From Octopus vulgaris (taxonomy: Eukaryota): DNA of 64,000 nt. Under the pieces are notes generated by a model. That model was not told where the DNA came from. It did no database searches and saw only the letters and a program-made list of their open reading frames with translations. Each line of letters opens with the position of its first letter. Positions within the stretch are counted from its first letter, which is position 1. The position numbers were made by a program, and so were the translations under genes. Where the stretch lies: NCBI GenBank assembly GCA_951406725.2, contig OX597842.1, forward strand, positions 6,324,001-6,388,000. Reading direction: 5' to 3'. Of the stretch, positions 1-62,459 are shown in pieces.

Positions 1-60
1 ATGCACTTTTGACAAGTTGTGGTGCACCTGAGCACTGTATACAATAATTTCATTATTATT
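1..60 (+). mobile_element. 3' tail of CR1-type LINE (same family as 59010-59279)
   Basis: Matches the reverse complement of about 59020-59075; ends in (att)n. Confidence 0.6.
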
Positions 61-476
61 AAGTGATTGAGACCTTTGGTGATATGGTGTGCTTGAGAAA
101 ATTCATTAAGTCAAGTGAAATCATAGTCATGGATGACACCAGTGTCACATGTCCAGCACACATGCTGGTGGCACGTAAAAATCATCTACAGCACTCTTAG
201 AGTGGTTGGCATTAAGAAGGGCATCTGGCTGTAGAAACCATTGCCAAATCAGACTGGAACCTGGTGCAGTTCTCTGGCTTAACAGTTTCAGTTAAACCAT
301 CCAACCCATGCCAGCATGGAAAGCAGACGTTAAATGATGATAATGATAATGATGACACACACATACATATATGTAGTGTAGACTTCCATTGTTTATAGGA
401 TCAACCAAAAAGGTATTCCCTCTGTGTGTGTGTGTGTGTGTGTGTGCACGTGTACATACAAATATGCATATATACT

Positions 477-855
477 CTCTCTCTTTTACTTGTTTGGAGC
501 ACCGCCTTTTAGTCGAGCAAATCAACCCTGGGACTTATTCTTTGTAAGCCCAGTACTTATTCTATCGGTCTCTTTTGCCGAACCACTAAGTAACGAGGAT
601 ATAAACATACCAGCATCGGTTGTCAAGCGATGTTGGGGGGGACAAACACAGACACACAAACACACACACGCATATATATATATACATATATACGACAGGC
701 TTCTTTCAGTTTCCATCTACCAAATCCACTCACAAGGCTTTGGTTGGCCGGGGCTATAGCAGAAGACACATGCCCAATTTGCCACACAGTGGGACTGAAC
801 CCAGAACCATGTGGTTGGTAAGCAAGCTACTTACCACACAGCCACTCCTGCACCT
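477..855 (-). mobile_element. tRNA-derived SINE, major family
   Basis: Reverse complement of the family consensus seen at 4123-4537. Confidence 0.85.
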
Positions 856-1131
856 ATATATATGCAAATTTCTATTATACAGCAACACAGACTCAGAGTT
901 AGAAAGGGTTCCTTAGTGCTGCAAGTTCCATGGTAACCTCATTAATAATTGTTCCACAAACCAGCACCAAGTACACATTGTAAATTGGTTGGCATCAAGG
1001 AGGAAATCCAATCATAGGAACAATGTCAAATCAGACGGTGTGTGTTGCAGTGCTCCAACTTGTTGGAACTTGTCAAACCATACCCATAAAGGCATTCATT
1101 AAATGATGATCATCATCAGCATAATCAATGA

Positions 1132-1162
<31 letters not shown>

Positions 1163-1491
1163 GATATAGATATATTTATGTTAATACTCTAAATTTCTTA
1201 AATTTCTGCATAATTATTATTGGATTTACCTGTCTTACATGAAGATTTACCTAGGATTTATATTCTACATACATTTACTACTGCTTGTTGAAATGCTAAA
1301 GCTATAGTCCTTGCCTTATCGGGGTGTGCATGGGTGCATTGGTATGTGCTTTAGTTAAACTCTTTGCCGAGCCCAACATCATTGGTAGAAGATCAAGGCC
1401 AGAGACCTGTGGTTGCAGTCATGATAGGGCATGCAGGTACAATAGGATGTACTTTCTTTCATGTGGGCAGGGATTAAACACTTCATTCCTG

Positions 1492-2035
1492 CTATTCAGA
1501 TAAATATCCAGGCATTGGATGCTTTAAAATTGCTCTCTTCTCAGCAAGGCATAACCTGCACTTCTTGTTGCTATTGAAGTACAGTTTCCTTTTTTCCAAG
1601 ATCTTCCACTTTATACTGTACTCTGAGGTGCTTTCTTTCAAAGACAAAAAGTTCTTGGATAGGGTTGTTGCGTTACGTCTTTCTGGAATGTTGAAGGAGG
1701 ACTTGTGGTTGTTAAAGCAGGTTTTAAAGGGGCCTTCCATTGCCCCCACATACTTCTGCATACTTGGTTGTCTATTTGGTCCTGTGGCTATTACCTCTGC
1801 CTCATATTCTACTGTTTCTATGTTGCAGTGGCTATTCAGTAGACAAGTTGCGTTATCCCTGCATGAGCATCCTGCCTCTGCCTCAAGGGTAGGCCTACCT
1901 ACTAAAATCTTTTTAAGACTAGGTGCACAGCTAAAGGATAGTCTCAAGGTATGTCCATTGAATATTTTATTGAATCTATTAGTATGGGGGAAGTGCTTAT
2001 TAACTAAACTAATGAAGATCTTACCTGGTCTTAAC
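1492..2035 (-). mobile_element. Penelope-like element fragment (GIY-YIG endonuclease region)
   Basis: ORF 1492..2058: KIFNxxTLxLSFSC, CSCR..CLL..HC, YxA.V, YVG...FK...NHKSSF, IKWKIL, CRLCLxEK, typical of the PLE C-terminus. Confidence 0.85.
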
Positions 2036-2065
2036 AGAACCATATAGTTGGGAAGCAAGCTTCTT

Positions 2066-3501
2066 TATCTCTTTTAAGTTGCCATAAAGGCATTACATAG
2101 AGGGGGACACTACAACACATGTGGGAGCATATAACAATTAAAATAAAAATATGATGCTTTGAATGACACATGAAAATGGACATGAAAAACATTAAAATCA
2201 AAATATTAAAATAATGATACATGAATGATAACTGAGAAATGAGAATATGAGAAGTGTGTTACTCGCCCCCCACTGAGTAACACCACTCACCACCTCTGAG
2301 TCCTGAGTCCTCTTTAGTCTTTGATCTAGTCTTTCGTTTACCATTCTCCCCATCGCTGAGTGACAACACTCTCTCCTCTATGTACACATAACCTTTTTTC
2401 ACCAGGGAAGGGGTCTTGTAAATTTTGTGGTGTCTGTTTTTTCTTCTTCTTTTTTTCCAATGGGGTGAGGGGGGTGTCTGTATAGGGAGGGTGGGTCTGA
2501 GGAGTTTTGGGTGGGATGGAGTTGGTCTGGGGTCCCACATCACACTGACTGTTCTTCCTCTTTTTCCTTTTATTCTCTGTCCATTCATCCTCCTTGATCC
2601 TTCCATCAATCTGTACTTCTTCCTTTTTCTTCTCCATCTCCACCACCGCTTCTTCTGTTGTTTTCCTCTGCAGAGGGCAGTGTGCTCTAATGTGGCCCAT
2701 TTAGCCACATTTAAAACATTGTGGGTTTCTGCCCTCCACCTACAGTCTTATCCACCAAACTCTCCAATTGCCTCTCTTCTGCCTGTATAATGAGGTTCAG
2801 TGTTTTTCCTCTCCATCCTCCATTTCCGTGGCTTGGAGGACAGCTACCTTCTCCTCACTTCCAACGAGGACAGCTGGCGCAACCCAAGCCGCTTCTATAT
2901 CAGGTGGAATTCCTTCTACCCTCACCTTAAAAGTCTTTCATCCAAAGTATGTGGGTAGAAGTATCACTTCCTCCGTTTTTACCGTTGCACTTGCCAGCCT
3001 CTTTAACTCCTCTGCTGTCCTAAACTGGACAACCACCATCCCATATACATTTTCTTTCGCTATGTATGTCACTTCCTTCGAAAGCCCCTTCAATGCTTTT
3101 TCTACTTTTTCCATCTCCATCCGCTCCACCTTCCTACTCTCCACTGAGTACAGAAGTCTTCTTTTCCATATTTTCCATAACCCTTTTCGGGGGTAATAAC
3201 TTTATGCCACCGCCCACCTTCTGTGTCATCTTTCTCAGCTCCTTCAGTCCGGCTAGGTCCATCTCCCTTTTCTTCACCTCTGCAGCCTCATCAAAACTCT
3301 TTACTCTTTCCAAATGCTCATCCATTCTATTTACCACCTTAATGAGCTCCTCCTCTGTTGAGGACAGGTCACACTCGCTAAAGTCCAAATACATTCCTTT
3401 CCACCGGTACAACACTCACTGACAAACCACTGCCAAACAGCTCAAAAAATTCTATCAGACTCATCAAAAATTAACACTGCAAATAGACTGACTCATGCGC
3501 A
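2066..3501 (-). mobile_element. Non-autonomous retroelement carrying only a decayed gag-like ORF1 (L1/Tx1-type, CCHC knuckle), 15-bp TSD
   Basis: ggaagcaagcttctt at 2051-2065 and 3502-3516; minus-strand reading KVRVEGIPP...VEGRNPQCFKCG*MGHIRAHCP; no RT between the TSDs. Confidence 0.75.
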
Positions 3502-3536
3502 GGAAGCAAGCTTCTTACCACACAGCCATGCCTACA

Positions 3537-3578
<42 letters not shown>

Positions 3579-3585
3579 TATATAT

Positions 3586-3992
3586 ATAATGTAAAGTATA
3601 GAAGCCATCTTATCATGGCTAACCACATTGGGGAGGGGGTGTTACTGTAGCTTTATAGCCCCAAGAGATCTTCGTCTCTAGCTGGCTCTAGACACAATAT
3701 CTGTGTCCTTGGAGTATTTGCAAAGGGAGGCCATCCCTTCCTCGCAAGCCTGAGTGATACGCTCGAACTAGTTTCGGGATTGTTGACGAGGGACAACAAT
3801 CCCGAAACTAGTTCGAGCGTATCACTCAGGCTTGCGAGGAAGGGATGGCCTCCCTTTGCAAATACTCCAAGGACACAGATATTGTGTCTAGAGCCAGCTA
3901 GAGACGAAGATCTCTTGGGGCTATAAAGCTACAGTAACACCCCTCCCCAATGTGGTTAGCCATGATAAGATGGCTTCTATACTTTACATTAT
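3586..3992. repeat. Near-perfect inverted repeat, about 200-bp arms, 8-nt spacer
   Basis: 3586-3785 is the reverse complement of 3794-3992 except a 1-nt indel in a G-run; spacer acgaggga. Confidence 0.95.
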
Positions 3993-4032
3993 CGAGCGAT
4001 TACTGTTTCAATCTCATTCTGAGATTTAATTA

Positions 4033-4122
<90 letters not shown>

Positions 4123-4124
<2 letters not shown>

Positions 4125-4537
4125 CGCAGGAGTGGCTGTGTGGTAAGTAGCTTGTTTACCAACCACATGGTTCCGGGTTCAGTCCCACTGCATGGCACCT
4201 TGGGCAAGTGTCTTCTACTATAGCCTCGGGCCGACCGAAGCCTTGTGAGTGGATTTGGTAGACGGAAACTGAAAGAAGCCCGTCGTATATATGTATATAT
4301 ATGTATGTGTGCGTGTATGTTTGTGTGTCTGTGTTGGTCCCAGCCAACATCACTTGACAACCGATGCTGGTGTGTTTACATCCCCGTCACTTAGCGGTTC
4401 GGCAAAAGAGACTGATAGAATAAGTACTGGGCTTACAAAGAATAAGTCCCGGGGTCGAGTTGCTCGATTAAAGGCGGTGCTCCAGCATGGCCGCAGTCAA
4501 ATGACTGAAACAAGTAAAAGAGTAAAAGAGTAAAAGA
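4123..4537 (+). mobile_element. tRNA-derived SINE, major family (tRNA-like head, CORE-like accttgggcaag, internal TA/TG microsatellite, tail ...gactgaaacaagtaaaagag)
   Basis: A/B-box-like head ggcgcaggagtggctgtgtggtaag...gggttcagtccc; more than 15 full or partial copies in the window. Confidence 0.9.
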
Positions 4538-5336
4538 GTATATATATATATAGGGAGAGTTTACGAAAAAAACAAAAGACAAAGACAGGTGGTGTACAAA
4601 ACAAACAGATGTATTAGTATAATGCACAGGAATAGAAAAAGTCTTTTACATTTCGAGCCTATGCTCTTCTACAGAAAGGGACACAGAAAAAAAAAGGAGA
4701 GAAAAAAATGTGTGTAGTGGCTAACGACACACATGCATACATACATACATGCATATGTATGTGTGTGTATATATACATGCATATATATGTTCGTATGTAT
4801 ATGTATATATATGTATATATATATATGTTTATAGATATATGTGTATATATATATGTATATGTGTGTGTGTGTGTGTATATATAAATATATATAAGTAGAC
4901 ATAAATACATATATATATAAATATATATATAAATATATATATGTATGTGTGTGTGTATATATATAAATATATATAGGTGGACATAAATATATATATGTAT
5001 GTGTGTGTGTATATATATATATATATAAATATATATGTGTGTGTATACACACACACACACACGCACGCACACACACATATATGGAGGGAGAGAGGAAGAA
5101 AGACAGCGTGAGAGCGAAAACTGGCGAGGAACTGGATAAAGAAACACCATAGTATATTTCATATATGTATTTCACACATTCCCAGAAAATTTCCATTTTC
5201 AATTTCATAGAAAAAAAAAAACATTCTTCTTCCTGGTTTAAAAGTCAGTTTCACTTTTCAGTTGGTTATTTATTTTCCATGATTAGCAGCGGCCTTTCTT
5301 GTTGTCACACTACATAAGGGACCTTAAGGACTAAAA

Positions 5337-56312
<50,976 letters not shown>

Positions 56313-56773
56313 GTAATTGATATCCACAAAACATACATACATATGCATTGATACATATCTGCATGTGTGATATGTGTGTGTATATGTGTGTGTGTAATAA
56401 TAGTATTATTAATCCTGAGATTGAACTAAAGAAAGGAATTTTAAAACACTGCAAAATCTGAATATTAAATGTTTGAAAGATTGGAAACTCAGAATAGTAA
56501 AATGCCATAATACCAAATGATGAAAAAACCCTAAAAATCATTTATTTCATTTTAAAAGAGAGAAACAGGGCTTATCAGTGAACCATTTATTCTAGCCTGT
56601 GGTGTTGGAGACATTTGGTTGGGCTGGGCTTCGAACTGCGAAGTTCTTGTCATTATTAGTGTCTCACCTAACCAAGGCATTGGGTGATGCCTGTGAGGGT
56701 GCTTGACTGTTCTAATGCCTTAGCCTCGCCATTGCCTGTGGTAATGCTACAAGCATGTTGACTTGTTTCAGAA

Positions 56774-57360
56774 GGTTCTGTTGATCCTTGCTTCAATAGG
56801 TTCAGTTGAGCCTTGCTTCGATATGTTCAGTTGAGCCTTACTCTAATAGATTCAGTTGAGCCTTACTTCAATATGTTCTGTTGAGCCTTGCTTCGATAGG
56901 TTCTGTTGATCCTTGCTTCAATAGGTTCTGTTGAGCCTTGCTTCAATAGGTTTAATTGAGCCATACTTCAATAGATTCTGTTGCACCTTGCTTCGATAGG
57001 TTCTGTTGAGCCTTGCTTCAATAGGTTTTGTTGAGCCTTCAATAGGTTCTATTGAGCCCTGCTTCAATAGATTCAGTTGAGCCTTACTTCAATAGGTTCA
57101 GTTGAACCTTGCTTCGATAGGTTCTGTTGAGCCTTGCTTCGATAGGTTCTGTTGAGCCTTACTTTGATAGGTTCTGTTGAGCCTTGCTTCGATAGGTTCT
57201 GTTGAACCTTGCTTCGATAGGTTCTGTTGAACCTTGCTTCGATAGGTTCTGTTGAACCTTGCTTCGATAGGTTCTGTTGAGCCTTACTTTGATAGGTTCT
57301 GTTGAGCCTTGCTTCAGTAGGTTCTGTTGAGCCTTGCTTCGATAAGTTATGTTGAGTCTT
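56774..57360. repeat. Minisatellite, 25-bp unit ggttctgttgagccttgcttcgata, about 23 copies
   Basis: 25-nt period (e.g. gttctg at 57121 and 57146); head-to-tail with no spacers. Confidence 0.95.
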
Positions 57361-59009
57361 GTGTATTCTTCAGTTTTGGATTTGTATTTTAATATGGATT
57401 TTGTATATGTGTATCATATTCATGTGTTGTATATGTAATTATCTCTGTTGGTAATAAAAATAATAGGTTTGCTTGAAAAAGAAGAGTTTGTTTGAGAAAC
57501 ATAACGTAAAAGTGAGTTGCTAGGTTATGAGATTGCAAAAACTTCAATGGTTCTTTTATCAAATATTTCCATCCTTTAAATTTTCTCATTTCATTCAATT
57601 CAAACATAAACACATTGAATGTAGGTGGTATTATTATTATTGTTTGTAAGGCAATGAGCTGGCAGAATCATTAGCATGCTGGGCAAAATTCTGGCCATTT
57701 CATTTGTCTTCGTGTTCTGAGTTCAAATTCCACTGTGGTCGATTTTGTCTTTCGTCTTTTCAGGGTCAATAGAATAAAGTACCAGTTGAGTACTGAGATT
57801 GATGTAATCAACTTTTCCCCGCCCCTGAAATTGCTGGCTTTGTGCCAAAATTTGAAATCTTTATTATTAGTGTTCTTTTATTCTTTTACTTGCTTCAGTC
57901 ATTTGACTGCAGCCATACTGGAGCACCACCTTGTAGTTGAAAATATTGATTGCAGGACTTATTCTTTGTAAGCCTGGTACTTCTATCAGTGTCTTATGCT
58001 GAACTGCTAAGTTACAGGGATTTAAACACATCAGTTGTTAAGTGGTGGTTGAGTGACAAACACAGACACACATGTACAAATAAATACATATATAAACATA
58101 TATATATATATATATGGCAGGTTTGTTTCAGTTTCCGTCTACCAAATCTATTCACACAGCTTTGGTCGGCCTGACGCTGTAATAGAAGACATTTGCCCAA
58201 GTTACTATGTAGTGGGCCAGAACCTGGAACCATGTGGTTGGAAAGCAAGCTTCTTATTTCTTTATTGCCCACAAGGGGGCTAAACATAGAGGGGACAAAC
58301 AAGGGGATTAAGTCGATTACATCGACCCCGGTGCGTAACTGGTACTTAATTTATCAACCCCGAAAGGATGAAAGGCAAAGTCGACCTTGGCGGAATTTGA
58401 ACTCAGGACGTAGCGGCAGACGAAATACTGCTTAGCATTTCGCCCAGCATGCTAACGTTTCTGCCAGCTCACCGCCTTCGCCTTTTTATACGCATAGGAA
58501 AGCAAATCTCTTACCACACAGCCACACATGCACTTACCTGTTTGTGTATTAAACAACAAAATTCTTTTATTCTCTCAATTTCCTGTGATTTAGACAATCA
58601 CATGGTCCCATCAGACAAAATTGAAAAGGCATTGCCCTGCAGGGAGATTTGCTGGAACAGCCATTCTAACATAGAGGGCTTGCTCTTGTGGACAGCCATC
58701 TCTGCCCCAATAGCAGTTCAGGGGCTAAGAACAGCAGAGGTCTCCATTGCCACAGGCTCAACCATAATCCTGTCAGTGAGTGACAGATACTTTTGAGAGA
58801 CGACTGTGAAAGTGAAGGGAGATAATCAAAAGCATGATATTAATTTTAATCTTCCAAACTTCTATCATTTTTGTTTCTATTGTAAAACGAGAGGGCTGTA
58901 TATTAAGTAAGAAAAGAATTTAAAGTACACAAACATTTCACTTATGTCCCTTGTATTCTTTGTTTTCTTCTAAGGTTTTCTAAGTAAAAAATATAAATAA
59001 TAATGATAA

Positions 59010-59279
59010 TAATATAATAATAATGAAATTATTGTATACAGTGCTCAGGTGCACCACAACTTGTCAGAAAGTGCGTATAAAGCATATGCAGTAATGTACA
59101 AATGTCTGGGAAGTGAACAATGTATGAGTCAGATACATGCTTGCATGTGTATGGAGGGAGAAAATCAGGTGTAGTGTTGGCCAATCTCAGGAAGCATGGA
59201 AGTTTTGAAGGATGCAGTGCTCCGACAACTAACAACTGATGCCGGCAGTCTGTTCCATGCTTCAGCAACTCTCAGCGTG
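59010..59279 (-). mobile_element. CR1-type LINE 3' end
   Basis: TLRVAEAWNRLPASVVSCRSTASFK; (att)n tail. Confidence 0.75.
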
Positions 59280-61087
59280 GTTGCTCAAAATAAACTTTCT
59301 TGTATATAAATGTCTCTTAAGATATTTCCAAATATAAATATTTTTAAATTCTCAGTTTTGATCTTTTAACATTATGGTATTTCCTATTCTGAGTGTTTGG
59401 TCTTCCAAATTTTATATATTTAGACTGTTTTAGTGTTTTAAAATTGTCACATACAGCCTTCTTGGGTTTGGTTAAGACCCAAATATATATACATATATAT
59501 ATATTTATAGACACATACACACACGTATCTGTGTGTATTAATGACTGCTACTACTTGGCTGGTGTTGATCTATAATCAGACTGACTTGATCGCAATGGCC
59601 ATTAACTGACCGATATTAAAGTGACCTTCACTCACTGACACTCCAACTATCATGTTGTCACTAACTGACACCCTTTGACCCAAGACCCAACTCCCTACAT
59701 GCTTCATGGCCTGACTAAGTGACCAAGGTGATGGATTAATTTAACCAACTTCAGGCAACAGAGTGGCCAAGCCAACGAGCAAGGTCTTTGTAGTTGCTCG
59801 GGCTTCAAGAGATAACAGTAGTATTTCCCTCAAACCACACCAATACGTTAGATAATGGAGTCATACATAAACCTGAAAAGACTCAATGACCAACCAAGGG
59901 ATAAACAATAACACAGTGAATTTATTTCTTAGATTTTTATTTTATTTATTTTGATCTTTTAATCAGGGGGTTCTGAGACTAGTGAGAGGAGATGAGATGA
60001 CAGGTATCCTCAAACTGGAGACCTGGAATGAATATTTATTGCAGAAGCCCTCTCTTTTTCTCTTTTCTCTTTTTACTTGTTTCAGTCATATGACTGCGGC
60101 CATGCTGGAGCACCGCCTTTAGTCGAGCAAATCGACCCCGGGACTTATTCTTTGTAAGCCCAGTACTTATTCTATCGGTCTCTTTTGCCGAACCGCTAAG
60201 TTACGGGGACGTAAACACACCAGCATCGGTTGTCAAGCAATGCTAGGGGAACAAACACAGACACACAAACACATACACTTATATATATATACATATATAC
60301 GACAGGCTTCTTTCAGTTTCCATCTACCAAATCCACTCACAAGGCTTTGGTCGGCCCGAGGCTATAGCAGAAGACACTTGCCCAAGATGCCACGCAGTGG
60401 GACTGAACCCAGAACCATGTGGTTGGTAAGCTACTAACCACACAGCCACTCCTGCGCCTATCAGCTGTAGAAATGAGTTGCGACATCACAGGTGCCAAGC
60501 TGTATCCCCCACCCTTCCAAGGTACCAGGTGATGGAATAAGTCTACCACACATGTAGGTCATGGTGGAGTTGAACCTAGAACTCAAAGAACCAGAACAAA
60601 TACTGCAAAGGCATCCAGTCTGACATTCTCTTAGTTCTGCCAATCCACTGGCCTCGACTGGATTATGGTGCAAATTGCAAAACAAAAATGGAAACAATTA
60701 TGGAAAAATTGGTGGTCAGTCCCTGAGAAACTTCATGAAAACTATCTTCAAATAGATGACAACAAAATTAGTGTGTCCTTTGTTAGTGCTTATTTTTTAC
60801 TGTCATCTTCATCATCATCTAACATCCGTTTTCCATGCTGGTATGGGTTAGATGGTTTAACTGGAAACTGGTGAAGCTGGAGAGCTGCATCAGGTGCCAG
60901 TCTGTTTTGACTTGGTTTCTACAGCTGGATGCTCTTCCTAATGCCAACCACTCCATAGGGTCTACAGAGTGTCTTTTAGGTGTCACTGGTACAGGCACCA
61001 AAGTTAATTTATTCAACCAAATGATCACATTCTAAATTACAACATCTAAATACAAAGAAATGAAGGAACAGAGGAGGAGGAGGAGAC

Positions 61088-61420
61088 CCCCTTCGGTCAT
61101 GAATGACCATGGGATTGCACCTAGAAAGTTACCCTCCGAGGCACAAGTCCAGGCAAGGTTGTTTGTGGAAGGCTAGCAGTCACTCATGCATACTGGCCTC
61201 CCCTCTCCACACCACTGATGTTATCCAAGGGAAAAGCATAGGGGCCGATACAGCTTGGCACCTGTGATGTCGCAACTCATTTCTACAGCTGAGTGAACTT
61301 GAGTAATGTGAAATAAAGTGTTTTGCTCAAGAACACAACACACAGCTCGGTCCGGGAATCAAACTCACAACCTTGCAGTCGTAAGCTCGAAACTCTAACC
61401 ACTGAGCCATGCGCCTTCAC
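61088..61420 (-). mobile_element. tRNA-derived SINE, fourth family
   Basis: Minus head ggcgcatggctcagtggttagag...gagtttgattccc; copies at 37229-37535(-) and 41720-42010(+). Confidence 0.75.
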
Positions 61421-61861
61421 AGAAAGAACAGAAATAGAAAAAAAATAGGATGGAGTGGGGAGTTAAGCAGCAGAAAATTGGGGTAGGGGGTAATGTGTCA
61501 CACACCCCGGAATTGTGCACTCAGCCATGTACAGTAGCCATTGCACTTCGCAGGGCTCATTTCTCTAGTTTCTTTATATTTTGGCCAGTATTTGCAAACA
61601 TCAGGAATGGCTGTGTTGAGAAGCTCACTTCATGACCAGGTGGTTTTGAGGGCTCAGTCCCACTGTGTGGCACTTCAGACAAGTATCTTTGCCCTAACCA
61701 AAACATTGTGAGTAAATTTAGTAGAAGGAAACTGTAACATTGTGTATATAGAAAAGACGATAGAAAAACTACAGTGAAACTGCAAGTCTACTTCTGTCGT
61801 TTTTTTTAAAATAATACAACTCACACAAACCATGACTAGTTTCCATACACACATACATACA

Positions 61862-61904
<43 letters not shown>

Positions 61905-62370
61905 ATGAATGAATTATCCTTTGTTTACCGTTAACATGGAAAATTCAATAAACAGTTACCAGGGTAGCAAAATTCACGCAAGTAACAAGGATGTAGCAAC
62001 CTATTCAAAGGTAAAAATTCCGGGTTAATGTGCAGTAATTTGTGTAGTATGAGTAAATAAATTGAGTTGAATGCAGATGCTATTCAAATTCTTTTACTTT
62101 CGACATATGTTTCGAAGACAACATTGGTTTTATTCCAAAGGAATAAACAGTGTAAAATGCAATATACTCCAAGAAAGTTAGGGGTTGTGGGTCCAACCCA
62201 CAGGGATAATATCTATCCAATATACTGTTGGTAGAATACCCAATTATTAATACACAAGTGTTTTTATTGCATTGCAATTAACTTACCTATTGTATTAAAT
62301 GGATGGAGGTAAAGAGATATTTTACCATTAATTTATAATACAAATAAGAAAATGGAGGAGAACAATAGGT

Positions 62371-62459
62371 GGTTCATCAACTTTAGGACATTAAAATGTT
62401 AACTTATTTATTTATTAATTAAATAAGTTAACATTTGAATGTCCTAAAGTTGATGAACC
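62371..62459. repeat. Hairpin, 40-bp arms (1 mismatch), 9-nt loop
   Basis: 62371-62410 is the reverse complement of 62420-62459. Confidence 0.9.

Noticed and set aside
1565-2047. 160-aa + strand ORF
   Set aside because: Shadow of the Penelope GIY-YIG frame on the opposite strand.
4034-4533. Recurring ORFs such as DGLLSVSVYQIHSQGFG...EDTCPRCHAVGLNPEPCGW looking like a gene family
   Set aside because: They are translations of the major SINE; frames and stops vary between copies.
56774-57360. Regular 25-bp repeats suggesting a CRISPR array
   Set aside because: Units are contiguous with no unique spacers, there are no cas genes, and the context is a eukaryotic intron.
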